From NCBI RefSeq assembly GCF_000015945.1, contig NC_009033.1, positions 990,001 to 1,022,000 of the forward strand: 32,000 bases of DNA, in the 5' to 3' direction. The position numbers were made by a program, and so were the translations under genes. The notes beneath the pieces were generated by a model. It did not search any database. It was not told the origin of the DNA and saw only the letters and a program-made list of their open reading frames with translations. The DNA is from Staphylothermus marinus F1. Its GTDB lineage: Archaea > Thermoproteota > Thermoprotei_A > Sulfolobales > Desulfurococcaceae. Shown here one piece after another: positions 8,635-18,321 of this stretch (its first letter is position 1; each line of letters starts with the position of its first letter).

Positions 8635-8906
8635 GCATGGATGAAGGAAGACTATATAAAATCATTATCAGACCAGTACACTCTGAGAAAGCATTAAATC
8701 TCATAGATAAAGAAAACACATTAACATTTATTGTTGATAGAAACGCGTCTAAGAAGGACATTAAAGACGCTGTTGAACTAGTATTTGGAGTGAAGGTATT
8801 AAAAGTCAGAACTCTCATAACAAGTAGAGGAGAAAAGAAGGCATATGTAAAGCTAGCTCCAGAACACCGTGCAAGCGAAATAGCTTCACAACTAGGATTA
8901 ATCTAG
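8631..8906 (+). CDS. rpl23: 50S ribosomal protein L23 (uL23)
   Basis: Contains [42 protein letters not shown] overlap with the rpl4 stop. Confidence 0.93.
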   Translation: MSMDEGRLYKIIIRPVHSEKALNLIDKENTLTFIVDRNASKKDIKDAVELVFGVKVLKVRTLITSRGEKKAYVKLAPEHRASEIASQLGLI

Positions 8907-8934
8907 CATTAACATATAGGAAAGGGTGTAATGT

Positions 8935-9654
8935 ATGGGTAAAAGAATACTTCCACAAAGAATGGGTAGAGGTACACCAACATTTAGAAGCCCTAGTCAT
9001 AGAAGAGTGGGGCCAGCAAAATATCCGCCACTAAAACTAGACAGAACTATAAAGGGAAAAATAATTGATCTATTACATGATCCTGGAAGATGGGTTCCAC
9101 TAGCCAAAATAGTATTAGAGGATGGAACAACATTCCTAACACCGGCTGTTGAGGGAATGTATGTTGGACAAATAATAGAAATAGGACCAGACGCACATAT
9201 ATCCAATGGAAACATTTTACCGATCGGGAAAATACCGGAAGGAACACAAATTGCCAACATTGAGAAAAGACCTGGCGATGGAGGAAAATTCGTTAGATCA
9301 TCTGGTACATACGCATTAATAGTTGGAAGAGCAGGGACAAAGACTCAGGTTCAACTACCTAGTGGTAAAATAATAGAAGTACCAAATAATGCAAGAGCAA
9401 CAATAGGAGTAATTGCTGGAGGCGGTAGAGACGAAAAACCATTATTAAAAGCAGGGAATGCTTATCATAAATGGAAAGTTAAAGCAAAGAAATGGCCTAA
9501 AGTCAGAGGAGTAGCTATGAATGCTGTAAGCCACCCACATGGTGGAGGCAGCCATCAACACGTAGGTAAGCCGTCAACAGTTGCTAGGGAAACACCTCCA
9601 GGTAGAAAAGTCGGGCACATCGCTGCTAGAAGGACTGGTAGACGTAAAGGTTAA
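8935..9654 (+). CDS. rpl2: 50S ribosomal protein L2 (uL2)
   Basis: Contains [22 protein letters not shown] and [14 protein letters not shown]. Confidence 0.95.
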   Translation: MGKRILPQRMGRGTPTFRSPSHRRVGPAKYPPLKLDRTIKGKIIDLLHDPGRWVPLAKIVLEDGTTFLTPAVEGMYVGQIIEIGPDAHISNGNILPIGKIPEGTQIANIEKRPGDGGKFVRSSGTYALIVGRAGTKTQVQLPSGKIIEVPNNARATIGVIAGGGRDEKPLLKAGNAYHKWKVKAKKWPKVRGVAMNAVSHPHGGGSHQHVGKPSTVARETPPGRKVGHIAARRTGRRKG

Positions 9655-10004
9655 TCTTTATAATTTATACATTTCTTCAACAGATCAATTTTGCTTTGTG
9701 GAACATATATTATTTTCTTAAGTGGCTGTATTTCCGAAACAACATATAGGTGATCATTGAATCTTTTTCGACCAATTATTTTAATATATGTTTTTCCGCT
9801 ACTTAATGAAAGGCATTTAATATATTTTTGCCTATGGATAACTATCCTCCTTAAAAATACATCATAGTGTTTACTGATTTTTCTACTCTTAAATATATTC
9901 TCTCTTGAAATAATACATATTTTCACCTTATTATCTTCGCAGACTAGATCAAACCATACTAGATCATTGCCTTCAATGTAGAAGCATCTATATATTACTG
10001 TCAA
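9651..10004 (-). CDS. Hypothetical 117-aa protein, opposite strand, inside the r-protein operon
   Basis: Only a TTG start (10004-10002) is available, with GGTGG 7 nt upstream. Its stop overlaps the rpl2 stop in a shared TTAA. It is Lys/Ile-rich with 5 Cys. I recognise no motif. Confidence 0.4.
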   Translation of the reverse strand: MTVIYRCFYIEGNDLVWFDLVCEDNKVKICIISRENIFKSRKISKHYDVFLRRIVIHRQKYIKCLSLSSGKTYIKIIGRKRFNDHLYVVSEIQPLKKIIYVPQSKIDLLKKCINYKD

Positions 10005-10025
10005 TTAACAACCACCGTTAATCAA

Positions 10026-10034
10026 TATTTATAA
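10026..10034. promoter_or_regulatory. Near-palindromic TATA element (TATTTATAA) shared by divergent genes
   Basis: Its centre lies ~26 nt from the TTG of the minus-strand ORF and ~40 nt from the ATG at 10070. Confidence 0.35.
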
Positions 10035-10069
10035 CACTCCTTAACAAATACTATGGCTCTGGGATAGAT

Positions 10070-10987
10070 ATGTCAGAGAAAAATATAGAAGATCCTATTG
10101 TTAAAAAGGTACATGAAATCTATGGTTCGGTAATAAAGAAAAGAACCCCTATTCGAAACCCTGATTTAATGTTGAAGGTACTACGTGAAGAATATAAGCT
10201 AGTTGTTAAACCATACATAGTTTACTTAACTGTTGCAGCATTTATGAATAGTAGACCAGTCTTATATGAGGGCCCGCCTGGAACAGGCAAGACCGAGATA
10301 GGTGAAGCAATCTTAACTTTATGGAGTGGGAAATCAGCATTTATACTTCCATGTAGCGAAAACTATGATGAATATCGGGTTATAGGAGACTTTCACCCAG
10401 CAATGGCTATGGCGAAGGGATTTAACGAAGAAAGCTTTATTCCCCGCCCACTTTTAGCTGCTCTAATACTAGATACAGGAGTTCTTATAGATGAAATTAG
10501 GAGAAGCAATGAAGATTTTCAAAACTTATTACTCGACATAATAGATAAACGAAGAATAATTATTCCAGAACTTAAAAAAGTATATGTTCAAAGAGGCCAT
10601 GGATTCCAAATAATATTCACAAGTAACCCGCTGGACATAGCACAAAGTGATCTTAGCGACGCATTTCTACGAAGAGTTGTTAGAATAGAATTTAAGTATC
10701 CAACTATAGAGGAAGAAATCGAGATTATTAAGCTTAGACTTGGCGATTTAATGAATAAAATAAACGATAACTTAGTAATGAACGCCCTGAAGATCATTAG
10801 GGTTCTCAGAGAAAAAGCGATCTACAAACCGGGCACAGCTGATCTAGTTTCATGGCTAACACTTACTGCTCTCCTAGCAGAATCTAAGAAAAAGAAAAAA
10901 GCATCAATAGAAGACTTAAGAGAAGCTGGATACGCTGTACTATACAAGAACACTGAAGACGAGGAGTTACTAAATGAGGTTCTCTAG
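10070..10987 (+). CDS. MoxR/AAA_5-type AAA+ ATPase
   Basis: Walker A is LYEGPPGTGKTEIG. Walker B is VLIDEIRRSNEDFQNLLLDIID. Sensor-1 is IIFTSNPLD. The arginine region is LSDAFLRRV. Confidence 0.85.
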   Translation: MSEKNIEDPIVKKVHEIYGSVIKKRTPIRNPDLMLKVLREEYKLVVKPYIVYLTVAAFMNSRPVLYEGPPGTGKTEIGEAILTLWSGKSAFILPCSENYDEYRVIGDFHPAMAMAKGFNEESFIPRPLLAALILDTGVLIDEIRRSNEDFQNLLLDIIDKRRIIIPELKKVYVQRGHGFQIIFTSNPLDIAQSDLSDAFLRRVVRIEFKYPTIEEEIEIIKLRLGDLMNKINDNLVMNALKIIRVLREKAIYKPGTADLVSWLTLTALLAESKKKKKASIEDLREAGYAVLYKNTEDEELLNEVL

Positions 10988-12911
10988 CGAAAATAGCATG
11001 GATAATGAGAAAATCATAGAACATATTAAGAATGTTGTTTTAGAAGGTATAGAGAAATATAAAAATGTTGGACAATCTGGATCATTATCTATAGATAGAG
11101 CGGAGTTGTTTATTAAAATCTATATAACATTATCTGAACTTGTAAAAAATAGGCTTGATAAATCAGTTATTTTAGAGGAATTTTATAGATCATTTCTTCC
11201 TGAGAAAAAGTATAGACTTGTAGAAGATGAGACAAAGATATCGTATGATAGTAAAATGAGCATACTAAGAAGGATCCACGGTAAAAACAAGATAACGGTC
11301 TCCGAGATATTTCGGTATAGTGCATCCTCATCAGATATTCTAGACTATATTTGGTTAAGGAAAAACAAACTCCTACTTCGCGGACGAGACGGTAAACTAG
11401 TGATAAACAAAAGGATCTATAGTAAACAATTCGATAATGAGGCTACGAGAAATCTAGAGTTGAAAGACGTATATAAGTACCTAGATGAAATACCAAGCGT
11501 TTTATGGTCTCGCATACTCACCTCTAGTTTTCTCGAAAAAATTAATAATAATGAACTATTAGGTTTTCTATCAAAGTTTTACGGTTACAGTTCCAAGGTT
11601 AACAGGAGATTATTGAGTGAACTGCGTAGAAGACTTGCAAACGGCTGGGATCCCAACTGGTTTGAATGGAAAAAAATAAGTCGAATTATAGAAGATAAAA
11701 GTTTGAAAACAGAAAAATATATGGGACCATATAGTCTTCAATGGAGTACCCCGAAAAATCTAGATGTAAGGAAAATAATTGATGATCTAGAAAACATGCC
11801 TTTAAAAGAGAGATGGAAAATCATTTCTAAAATATATAAGAACAAAAATTTGTTAACTATACTTAAAAAGCTTGATCCCATATCTTTATCCTCAATAGGC
11901 AGTCTGAACAGAGTGCCTGATTTGAAAGACAAAATCCTTCTTGGAAAAAGTTTAGCGAACATTATTACTTACATGATTACAGGGGATGAATCATATTTAA
12001 ACTATTCAATGTATTTTGTTGAAAAAATTAATCCTGACAGCTTAGAACCCAATTTTAGACCAATATATAGATCAATAATTAGTGGTGATAAGAAGAAATT
12101 ATTATATTATCTCGGAGTAATTATGCCAATTAGTTCCGTTGAATTTATTACTGCTAAAATATGGGATATTATGAGTTCTAATACAGGAATAAACAGGGAG
12201 CAATTATTGAGAGCTATAAGGATAGGATATGAAATTTTAAAGTATACCGCATCTCTTTCTGGAACTATGTTAAGTAAACGTAAAAAGATAAGTTTTATTC
12301 GTGGACGTATGGATGTTAGGAAAACAGTTTTCAATTATTCCAGATTTAACTATAACATTGCAAAACGTGATAAGGAGAAAGAATTTAGGGTTAACACTTT
12401 AATTGATATTAGTGGTTCTATGATAAAACACTCATTATGGGCTATATTTTCACTAGCATCAATTATGCCTATCGTGAAAAACATAATCTTATTTTCAGAC
12501 AAAGTATTCATAAATAAGCCCCCGTCTTCTCTAAATCGTGGTTTAATAGTAAATTATCTTGAGAAACTATTTATTGAGGGCTTTAAAGGCTATACAAATA
12601 TTAGTTTAGCTCTTAGAACAGCTGAGAAACTATCTAAAAGTAATGATTACATCTTATTATTTAGCGACTTAGAACAAACAGTTTCAGACACAAAGCCATG
12701 GATTATTGCAGAAAAACTCATCAATAAAAACAAGGTTAATATAGTAATTTTTACACCACCATATCATGATGTCGAAACAGCTAATATGATGGAGAGAATT
12801 GGATGTATTGTTGTTAGAACTAAATCTATAAACGACATTTTTAAATGGTTTAAGAGAGGGCTAAACTTTAAAATACGGAGTAAACTTATCCATGTTAGAG
12901 GGCTGAGGTAA
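10974..12911 (+). CDS. Protein with a C-terminal von Willebrand factor A (VWA) domain and intact MIDAS; N-terminal ~430 aa unassigned
   Basis: MIDAS DxSxS is LIDISGSM, followed by the YTNISLAL threonine and LLFSDLEQT aspartate. The ATG at 10974 (GAGGAG 7 nt upstream) overlaps the ATPase gene by 14 nt. An alternative ATG lies at 10998. Confidence 0.75.
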   Translation: MRFSSENSMDNEKIIEHIKNVVLEGIEKYKNVGQSGSLSIDRAELFIKIYITLSELVKNRLDKSVILEEFYRSFLPEKKYRLVEDETKISYDSKMSILRRIHGKNKITVSEIFRYSASSSDILDYIWLRKNKLLLRGRDGKLVINKRIYSKQFDNEATRNLELKDVYKYLDEIPSVLWSRILTSSFLEKINNNELLGFLSKFYGYSSKVNRRLLSELRRRLANGWDPNWFEWKKISRIIEDKSLKTEKYMGPYSLQWSTPKNLDVRKIIDDLENMPLKERWKIISKIYKNKNLLTILKKLDPISLSSIGSLNRVPDLKDKILLGKSLANIITYMITGDESYLNYSMYFVEKINPDSLEPNFRPIYRSIISGDKKKLLYYLGVIMPISSVEFITAKIWDIMSSNTGINREQLLRAIRIGYEILKYTASLSGTMLSKRKKISFIRGRMDVRKTVFNYSRFNYNIAKRDKEKEFRVNTLIDISGSMIKHSLWAIFSLASIMPIVKNIILFSDKVFINKPPSSLNRGLIVNYLEKLFIEGFKGYTNISLALRTAEKLSKSNDYILLFSDLEQTVSDTKPWIIAEKLINKNKVNIVIFTPPYHDVETANMMERIGCIVVRTKSINDIFKWFKRGLNFKIRSKLIHVRGLR

Positions 12912-12921
12912 TTATATAAAA
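12912..12921 (+). promoter_or_regulatory. Candidate TATA box (TTATATAAAA) restarting the distal r-protein operon
   Basis: Starts directly after the VWA gene stop (12909-12911). It lies ~45 nt upstream of the rps19 start, so the SD GAGGTG would fall in the predicted leader. Confidence 0.45.
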
Positions 12922-12961
12922 TGTTACGGAGCAGTATCTATACTAGCGAGAGGTGCTTAAT

Positions 12962-13393
12962 TTGGCGATAGAAATAGAAATACCGCCTGAATGGAAGAAG
13001 TTTAGATATAGAGGTAAGACTCTAGAAGAATTATTGAATATGCCAATGGATGAGTTCATAGGGTTACTTCCTGCTAGGCAGAGACGTAGCTTAAAACGTG
13101 GATTAACAATGGCGCAGGTGAAGTTGTTAGCTAAGATTAGAAAAGTAAGACAGAAGAAGCTTACAGGTAAAAAAGCAATTATTAAAACACATGTTCGAGA
13201 CATGATTATTCTTCCCGAAATGATTGGTTTAACTATAGCTGTCTATAATGGTAAAGAATTCATACCTGTCAGAATAGTTCCAGAGATGATCGGTCATTAT
13301 CTAGGAGAATTTAGTCCTACAACGAAGAGGGTACAGCATGGAGAACCAGGTCTAAAAGCTACTCGTAGCAGTATGTTTATATCATTAAAGTAA
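12962..13393 (+). CDS. rps19: 30S ribosomal protein S19 (uS19)
   Basis: Contains [37 protein letters not shown]. The TTG at 12962 is preferred because the track GTG at 12953 lies inside the SD AGGTG (12951-12955). Confidence 0.9.
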
Positions 13394-13411
13394 TGATTCA
13401 TGGTGAAAAAC

Positions 13412-13885
13412 ATGCCTACATGGCATTATTCATATAAGCTCAGGGATGAATCAAGAATTGCGAAGGCTGTTCAATTCGATATTCCAGTATCTATAAAGGA
13501 TATGCGCGAAGCCGTAGCTGCTATTAGAGGTAAGAAGGTTAGCGAAGCCAAAAAACTATTAGAAAACGTGATCGCATTAAGAGAGCCTATTCCCTTTAAG
13601 AGGTATAAGGGAAAATTAAGCCATAAGAGAGGATTACCTGCTAAGTGGAAATGGCCTATTGGCAGATACCCTGTAAAAGCTGCTAAGTATTTATTGAGGC
13701 TTCTAGAACATGTTGAGGCAAATGCTGATAATAAGGGTTTAGACAAGGATAAACTAGTAATTGTTCATATAGCTGCACATAAAGGTATGACTCTTAAAAG
13801 ATGGATGCCGAGAGCATTTGGAAGAGCTACGCCTAAGTTTAGAAGAACAAGTCACGTTGAAATAGTTGTGAAAGAGGTTGATTAG
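13412..13885 (+). CDS. rpl22: 50S ribosomal protein L22 (uL22)
   Basis: Sequence and position fit uL22. The ATG at 13412 is preferred because GGTGA (13402-13406) acts as the SD. The track start is 13400. Confidence 0.92.
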   Translation: MPTWHYSYKLRDESRIAKAVQFDIPVSIKDMREAVAAIRGKKVSEAKKLLENVIALREPIPFKRYKGKLSHKRGLPAKWKWPIGRYPVKAAKYLLRLLEHVEANADNKGLDKDKLVIVHIAAHKGMTLKRWMPRAFGRATPKFRRTSHVEIVVKEVD

Positions 13886-13887
13886 AA

Positions 13888-14562
13888 ATGACTAGGCCAC
13901 GTGTTAAATCATATTTTATAGATTATAGTTTGAAGAAAGTAATGCTGGATGAGTTCTTAGCCAATTATTTCAAAGATGCAGGCTATGCGGGTATGGAGTT
14001 ATATAAGACACCTACAGGTTACCGTGTTGTAATATATGCTGAATACCCTGGCAGAATAATTGGTAGAGGAGGAAGTATAATACGAAAACTAATGACAATT
14101 ATGCAGACACATTTTGGACTAGAAAATGTTAATATAACAGTATCTCCTGTCCCAGATCCAGATTTAAATGCTAGAATAGTTGCTTTCAGAATAGTAAGAG
14201 CTCTTGAAAAAGAAATACCATATAGAAGAGTAGCCATGGCTATGCTTAGAAGAGTGATGGAGGCTGGAGCGGTAGGTGCGGAGATCATTATTAGTGGTAA
14301 GCTTAGAAGTGAACGTGCTAGATATGAGAAGCTGAAAGCGGGTAGAATATACAAGGCTGGAGACATGGTTGATTATGTTGTTGACAGAGCTGTTGGTAAA
14401 GCACTGCTTAAACGTGGAGTCTATGGAGTAGAGGTAGTAATTGTCAGACCACATTTGAAGCCTCCCGACTATGTTGAAATAAAATCAGTTAAGCCCGAAG
14501 AGCTAGCTGACCTAATACCTGTTGAGAAAGAGGAAACAAATGAATCAATAAGTCCGCAATAA
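13888..14562 (+). CDS. rps3: 30S ribosomal protein S3 (uS3)
   Basis: KH-domain signature YPGRIIGRGGSIIRKL; operon position. Confidence 0.94.
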   Translation: MTRPRVKSYFIDYSLKKVMLDEFLANYFKDAGYAGMELYKTPTGYRVVIYAEYPGRIIGRGGSIIRKLMTIMQTHFGLENVNITVSPVPDPDLNARIVAFRIVRALEKEIPYRRVAMAMLRRVMEAGAVGAEIIISGKLRSERARYEKLKAGRIYKAGDMVDYVVDRAVGKALLKRGVYGVEVVIVRPHLKPPDYVEIKSVKPEELADLIPVEKEETNESISPQ

Positions 14563-14573
14563 GGTGAGTATAT

Positions 14574-14777
14574 ATGAAGCCAGACGAAATTAGAAAAATG
14601 ACTAAAGAAGAAAGACTTAGACGATTAAATGAGCTGCGTCTGGAACTAATAAAGCTTAGAATGCAGGCAAGAGTAGGAACACTAACCAATACTGCTCGTA
14701 TAAGAAATATTAAGAGAGATATAGCAAGAATACTTACAATAATGCGCGAGGAAGAACTGGGTATTTCCAGAAAGTAA
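14574..14777 (+). CDS. rpl29: 50S ribosomal protein L29 (uL29)
   Basis: 67 aa with MKPDEIRKMTKEERLRRLNELRLELIKLR. SD AAGGTGAG. Confidence 0.93.
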   Translation: MKPDEIRKMTKEERLRRLNELRLELIKLRMQARVGTLTNTARIRNIKRDIARILTIMREEELGISRK

Positions 14778-14807
14778 ATAAGTTCTTTCTCAAGGTATTG
14801 ATCATAA

Positions 14808-15086
14808 TTGCGACATACTCGTAGAAACATATTCTACCACGAATTGATTGGTTTGAGAATAAAAATAATAGAGTATCCTGATAAATCCCTTGTCGGCTTA
14901 ACCGGCTTAGTCATAGATGAGACCCAAAAAACCCTCCTAATAGAAACAAATTCAGGTAGAAGAGTAAGAGTTTTAAAAGCCAATGGAGTATTCCAGTTTA
15001 TGCTTCCAAATAAAGAGAAAGTAATAATTAGGGGAGTTCAGATTTTAGGTAGACCAGAGGATAGATTAAAGAATATTGTGAGGTAG
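14808..15086 (+). CDS. rnp1: RNase P protein component 1 (Rpp29/Pop4)
   Basis: Contains HELIGLRIKIIEYPDKSLVGLTGLVIDETQKTLLIET. It occupies the conserved slot between L29 and S17. TTG start. Confidence 0.85.
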   Translation: MRHTRRNIFYHELIGLRIKIIEYPDKSLVGLTGLVIDETQKTLLIETNSGRRVRVLKANGVFQFMLPNKEKVIIRGVQILGRPEDRLKNIVR

Positions 15087-15096
15087 TGGATGAGGA

Positions 15097-15450
15097 ATGA
15101 GTTTGGCTAAGCCAAGAAACATTGGCATACCGGGAATAGAGCCTCCCAAGGAGAGCTGCAATGATCCCAAATGTCCATGGCATGGACATGTAAAAGTTCG
15201 TGGACAAATTCTTAGAGGAGTAGTTGTTAAAGCAAAAATGCATAGAACAGTAGTTGTCAGGCATGATTACTATTACTATGTGAGGAAATATAGGAGATAT
15301 GAGAAAAGACATACACATATACATGCACATAATCCACCATGTATCAATGCTAAAGAAGGAGATGAAGTATTAATTGGTGAAACAAGGCCTTTATCAAAGA
15401 CTGTTCATTTCGTTGTTTTAGGAATAATTAAGAGAGCTGGTGAGAAGTAA
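15097..15450 (+). CDS. rps17: 30S ribosomal protein S17 (uS17)
   Basis: Contains [53 protein letters not shown]. Confidence 0.93.
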   Translation: MSLAKPRNIGIPGIEPPKESCNDPKCPWHGHVKVRGQILRGVVVKAKMHRTVVVRHDYYYYVRKYRRYEKRHTHIHAHNPPCINAKEGDEVLIGETRPLSKTVHFVVLGIIKRAGEK

Positions 15451-15872
15451 TGCCTAAGAAGGGAAAAGGTAAACCGGCTTTCTCTAGGAGAAGAATAGCC
15501 ACAGGCTTACAGGTAGGCTCATATGTTAGAGTTGCCGACAATAGTGGGGCAAAACTGGTTAAAATAATTGGTGTCCCCGGATACAAAGGGAGACTTAGAA
15601 GAATACCTCCAGCAGGCATAGGCGACCTAGTAGTTGTCACTGTTAAGAAGGGAACACCTGAAATGAGGAAACAAGTTGTTAAAGCCGTTATTGTGAGGCA
15701 GAAGAGACCATTTAGGAGACCAGATGGTACATGGGTTGCTTTCGAAGACAACGCAGTCGCAATAGTTACTCCTGAAGGAACACCTAAGGGTAGTGAAATA
15801 CGTGGACCAATAGCTAAAGAAGTAGCTGAGAGATGGCCCCAACTAGCAAATATTGCAACAATAGTTGTTTAA
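15450..15872 (+). CDS. rpl14: 50S ribosomal protein L14 (uL14)
   Basis: Contains [28 protein letters not shown] overlap with rps17. Confidence 0.94.
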   Translation: MPKKGKGKPAFSRRRIATGLQVGSYVRVADNSGAKLVKIIGVPGYKGRLRRIPPAGIGDLVVVTVKKGTPEMRKQVVKAVIVRQKRPFRRPDGTWVAFEDNAVAIVTPEGTPKGSEIRGPIAKEVAERWPQLANIATIVV

Positions 15873-15883
15873 GGTGAAAATAT

Positions 15884-16342
15884 ATGGCGATAACATATTC
15901 GTCAAAACCATCTAAACAGAGGAAAGCATTATTCAACATGCCGCTCCACCTAAGACATAAACTATTCAATGCACCACTAAGCAAAGAGCTACGAGAGAAA
16001 TATGGTGTTAAAAAACTACCCGTCCGTAAAGGCGATGTAGTAAGAATTATGCGTGGAGACTGGAAAGGACATGAAGGAAAAGTTGTCAGGATAGATTTAA
16101 GACGTGTAAGACTATATGTTGAGGGGGTTCAACGTAAAAAGGCTGATCAAACCCCAGTATATTACCCTATACATCCAAGCAAGGTAATGATTATTAAGCT
16201 TGATCTAAGCGATAAATGGCGTAGAAAAATAATTGAGAGAAGAAAGGGTTTAATAGAGAGCGAAGTAGTTGAAGAAAAAGAAACAAGTAAAACTAGTGAA
16301 GGTGGCGGGAAAACAATAGAAGAGACTGAAGGTGAGAAATAA
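15884..16342 (+). CDS. rpl24: 50S ribosomal protein L24 (uL24) with an acidic/Lys-rich C-terminal tail
   Basis: KOW motif is [21 protein letters not shown]. The tail is ..[27 protein letters not shown]. Confidence 0.92.
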   Translation: MAITYSSKPSKQRKALFNMPLHLRHKLFNAPLSKELREKYGVKKLPVRKGDVVRIMRGDWKGHEGKVVRIDLRRVRLYVEGVQRKKADQTPVYYPIHPSKVMIIKLDLSDKWRRKIIERRKGLIESEVVEEKETSKTSEGGGKTIEETEGEK

Positions 16343-17100
16343 TGGCTAGAATGGGTGGTAAAAAACATTTAAAAGCACTAGTTGCGCCTAAGTTTTGGCC
16401 TATACTGAGAAAAGAGTATAAATGGGCTGTAAAACCTTCACCAGGTCCACACCCTATTGAACGATGTTTTCCTCTACTTATAATTGTTCGCGATATACTG
16501 GGGTATGCTAAAACAGCTAGAGAAGCTAGGAAACTAATTAGTGAAGGACATTTTAAAGTTGATGGAAGAGTTAGAAAGAACTATAAGTATCCAGTAGGAT
16601 TAATGGATGTAATTGAGATTGTTGATACAGGTGAAACATATAGAGTTATCCCTGTGCCCGTAAAAGTTCTGGGTTTGATCGAGATAGATAAGGAAGAAGC
16701 CAAATATAAGCTTTCAAGAATAGAGAATAAAACAACTGTTAAAGGTGGACATATACAGCTGAACCTTCATGATGGCAGGAACGTGTTGATCAAAGTAAGT
16801 GATCCTAAGAATCCTGTTGAAGACATATATAAGACTCTGGGAACACTACAAATATCAATACCTGAACAACAAATACTAAACTATATACCATTAGATGAAG
16901 GAACGCTTGTAATAATTAGTGGTGGAAGAAATGTTGGTAGAGTTGGAAAAGTAGTATCTATACATAAGGGTATTCGTAGACATAGAAGTATTGTAACAAT
17001 AGAGGATAAGCATGGAAACAAGTTCCAAACAAGTCTTACCTATGTGTTCCCAATAGGTAAAGAAGAACCATTGATAAAGTTGCCAGAGGGTGCTTGGTAA
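16342..17100 (+). CDS. rps4e: 30S ribosomal protein S4e (eS4)
   Basis: Contains [37 protein letters not shown] overlap with rpl24. Confidence 0.94.
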   Translation: MARMGGKKHLKALVAPKFWPILRKEYKWAVKPSPGPHPIERCFPLLIIVRDILGYAKTAREARKLISEGHFKVDGRVRKNYKYPVGLMDVIEIVDTGETYRVIPVPVKVLGLIEIDKEEAKYKLSRIENKTTVKGGHIQLNLHDGRNVLIKVSDPKNPVEDIYKTLGTLQISIPEQQILNYIPLDEGTLVIISGGRNVGRVGKVVSIHKGIRRHRSIVTIEDKHGNKFQTSLTYVFPIGKEEPLIKLPEGAW

Positions 17101-17666
17101 TGTCTACGATTATAGAACATGTACCCGACGCAGATAAAATAATTGAAAAATGGAATTCTAATCCAATGTATAAGCCACGTCTAGCTAAGGTAACAGTAAA
17201 CATATCAGTTGGGGCAGCTACTGAAAGACTGAGCAAGGCTATGCAAGTTTTAGAGGAGCTAACAGGGCAGAAACCCGTTCCTAGAAGAGCTAAACGCACA
17301 ATTAAAGACTTCGGTATTAGAAAAGGAGAAAACATTGCAGCAAAAGTTACTCTACGTAGAGAAAAAGCTGTTGCTTTTCTGAAACGAGTACTTGAAGCAG
17401 TTAATTATAGAATAAAAGCTTCAAGCTTTGATGATAATGGCAATGTTAGTTTTGGTATTAAAGAACACATCATGATACCTGGAGTAAAGTATGATCCTGA
17501 AATAGGAGTGTTTGGCATGGATGTAGCTATTACAATTGAGCGACCAGGGTATAGAGTATTAAGGAGAAAAAGGTGTAGAAAGAAACATATACCTCGCAGA
17601 CACCGTGTTTCCCGAGAAGAAGCAATGCTTTATCTACACAAAGAATTTGGTGTTGAGATTATTTAG
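17100..17666 (+). CDS. rpl5: 50S ribosomal protein L5 (uL5)
   Basis: Contains [34 protein letters not shown]. The ATG at 17100 overlaps the rps4e stop (TAATG). The track TTG at 17094 is less likely. Confidence 0.92.
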   Translation: MSTIIEHVPDADKIIEKWNSNPMYKPRLAKVTVNISVGAATERLSKAMQVLEELTGQKPVPRRAKRTIKDFGIRKGENIAAKVTLRREKAVAFLKRVLEAVNYRIKASSFDDNGNVSFGIKEHIMIPGVKYDPEIGVFGMDVAITIERPGYRVLRRKRCRKKHIPRRHRVSREEAMLYLHKEFGVEII

Positions 17667-17689
17667 AAAATAATAGAGGGGATCCATAC

Positions 17690-17854
17690 ATGGGTAAATA
17701 TAGGCCTCCAAAAATCTATAAGTTCGGTAAAGGTTCACGTAAATGTAGGAGATGTGGAACAAGGGATGCAGTGATTCAAGTATATGGTTTATATCTATGT
17801 AGGCAGTGTTTCAGAGAAATAGCTCCATCCCTCGGATTTAAAAAATATAGTTAA
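17690..17854 (+). CDS. rps14: 30S ribosomal protein S14 (uS14, zinc-ribbon type), absent from the ORF track
   Basis: Hand translation gives [54 protein letters not shown]. CxxC...CxxC is present. It occupies the canonical slot between L5 and S8. Confidence 0.92.
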   Translation: MGKYRPPKIYKFGKGSRKCRRCGTRDAVIQVYGLYLCRQCFREIAPSLGFKKYS

Positions 17855-17900
17855 GGGGGTTTTTGATAATAGTATTGGTTTTATAATGGGGTGAAAGTAA

Positions 17901-18302
17901 ATGGTAATGCTTGATACATTAGCGAATGCTCTGGCAACAATACAAAATGCTGAAATGAGAGCCAAATCTGAAGCTCTGATTTGGCCAGCTTCAAAACTTA
18001 TAATTAATGTTTTACGCGTGATGCAAAGAGAAGGGTATATTGGAGAATTTGAATACATTGATGATGGTCGCTGGGGAAAAATAAAGGTTCAATTACTGGG
18101 TAGAATCAACAAAACCGGCGTTATTAAGCCGAGATTTCCAGTAAAACTCAGGGATTTGGAGAGAATGCCTCATTGGCTACGCAAGTATCTTCCAGCATAT
18201 AATATTGGAATATTAATATTATCAACGCCGCACGGAGTATTATCTCATAAAGAAGCTATTGCTAAGAAGACTGGAGGAGTACTACTGGCATATGTATACT
18301 AA
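17901..18302 (+). CDS. rps8: 30S ribosomal protein S8 (uS8)
   Basis: Contains [44 protein letters not shown] at 17891-17895. Confidence 0.94.
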   Translation: MVMLDTLANALATIQNAEMRAKSEALIWPASKLIINVLRVMQREGYIGEFEYIDDGRWGKIKVQLLGRINKTGVIKPRFPVKLRDLERMPHWLRKYLPAYNIGILILSTPHGVLSHKEAIAKKTGGVLLAYVY

Positions 18303-18321
18303 AACAGGATAGGTGTGGTAA

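Noticed and set aside
10070-12911. The MoxR + VWA pair interpreted as a CbbQ/CbbO-type RuBisCO activase, because a RuBisCO gene is in the window.
   Set aside because: The genes are 16 kb apart on opposite strands, with about 35 unrelated genes between them. As far as I know, known CbbQO activases serve form I/II enzymes. This is kept only as a low-probability alternative.
9655-12961. The L2-S19 insert interpreted as a mobile element or integrated virus/plasmid fragment.
   Set aside because: I could find no integrase, transposase, terminal inverted repeats, target-site duplication or tRNA attachment site at the borders. The insertion is real, but its mobility is unsupported.
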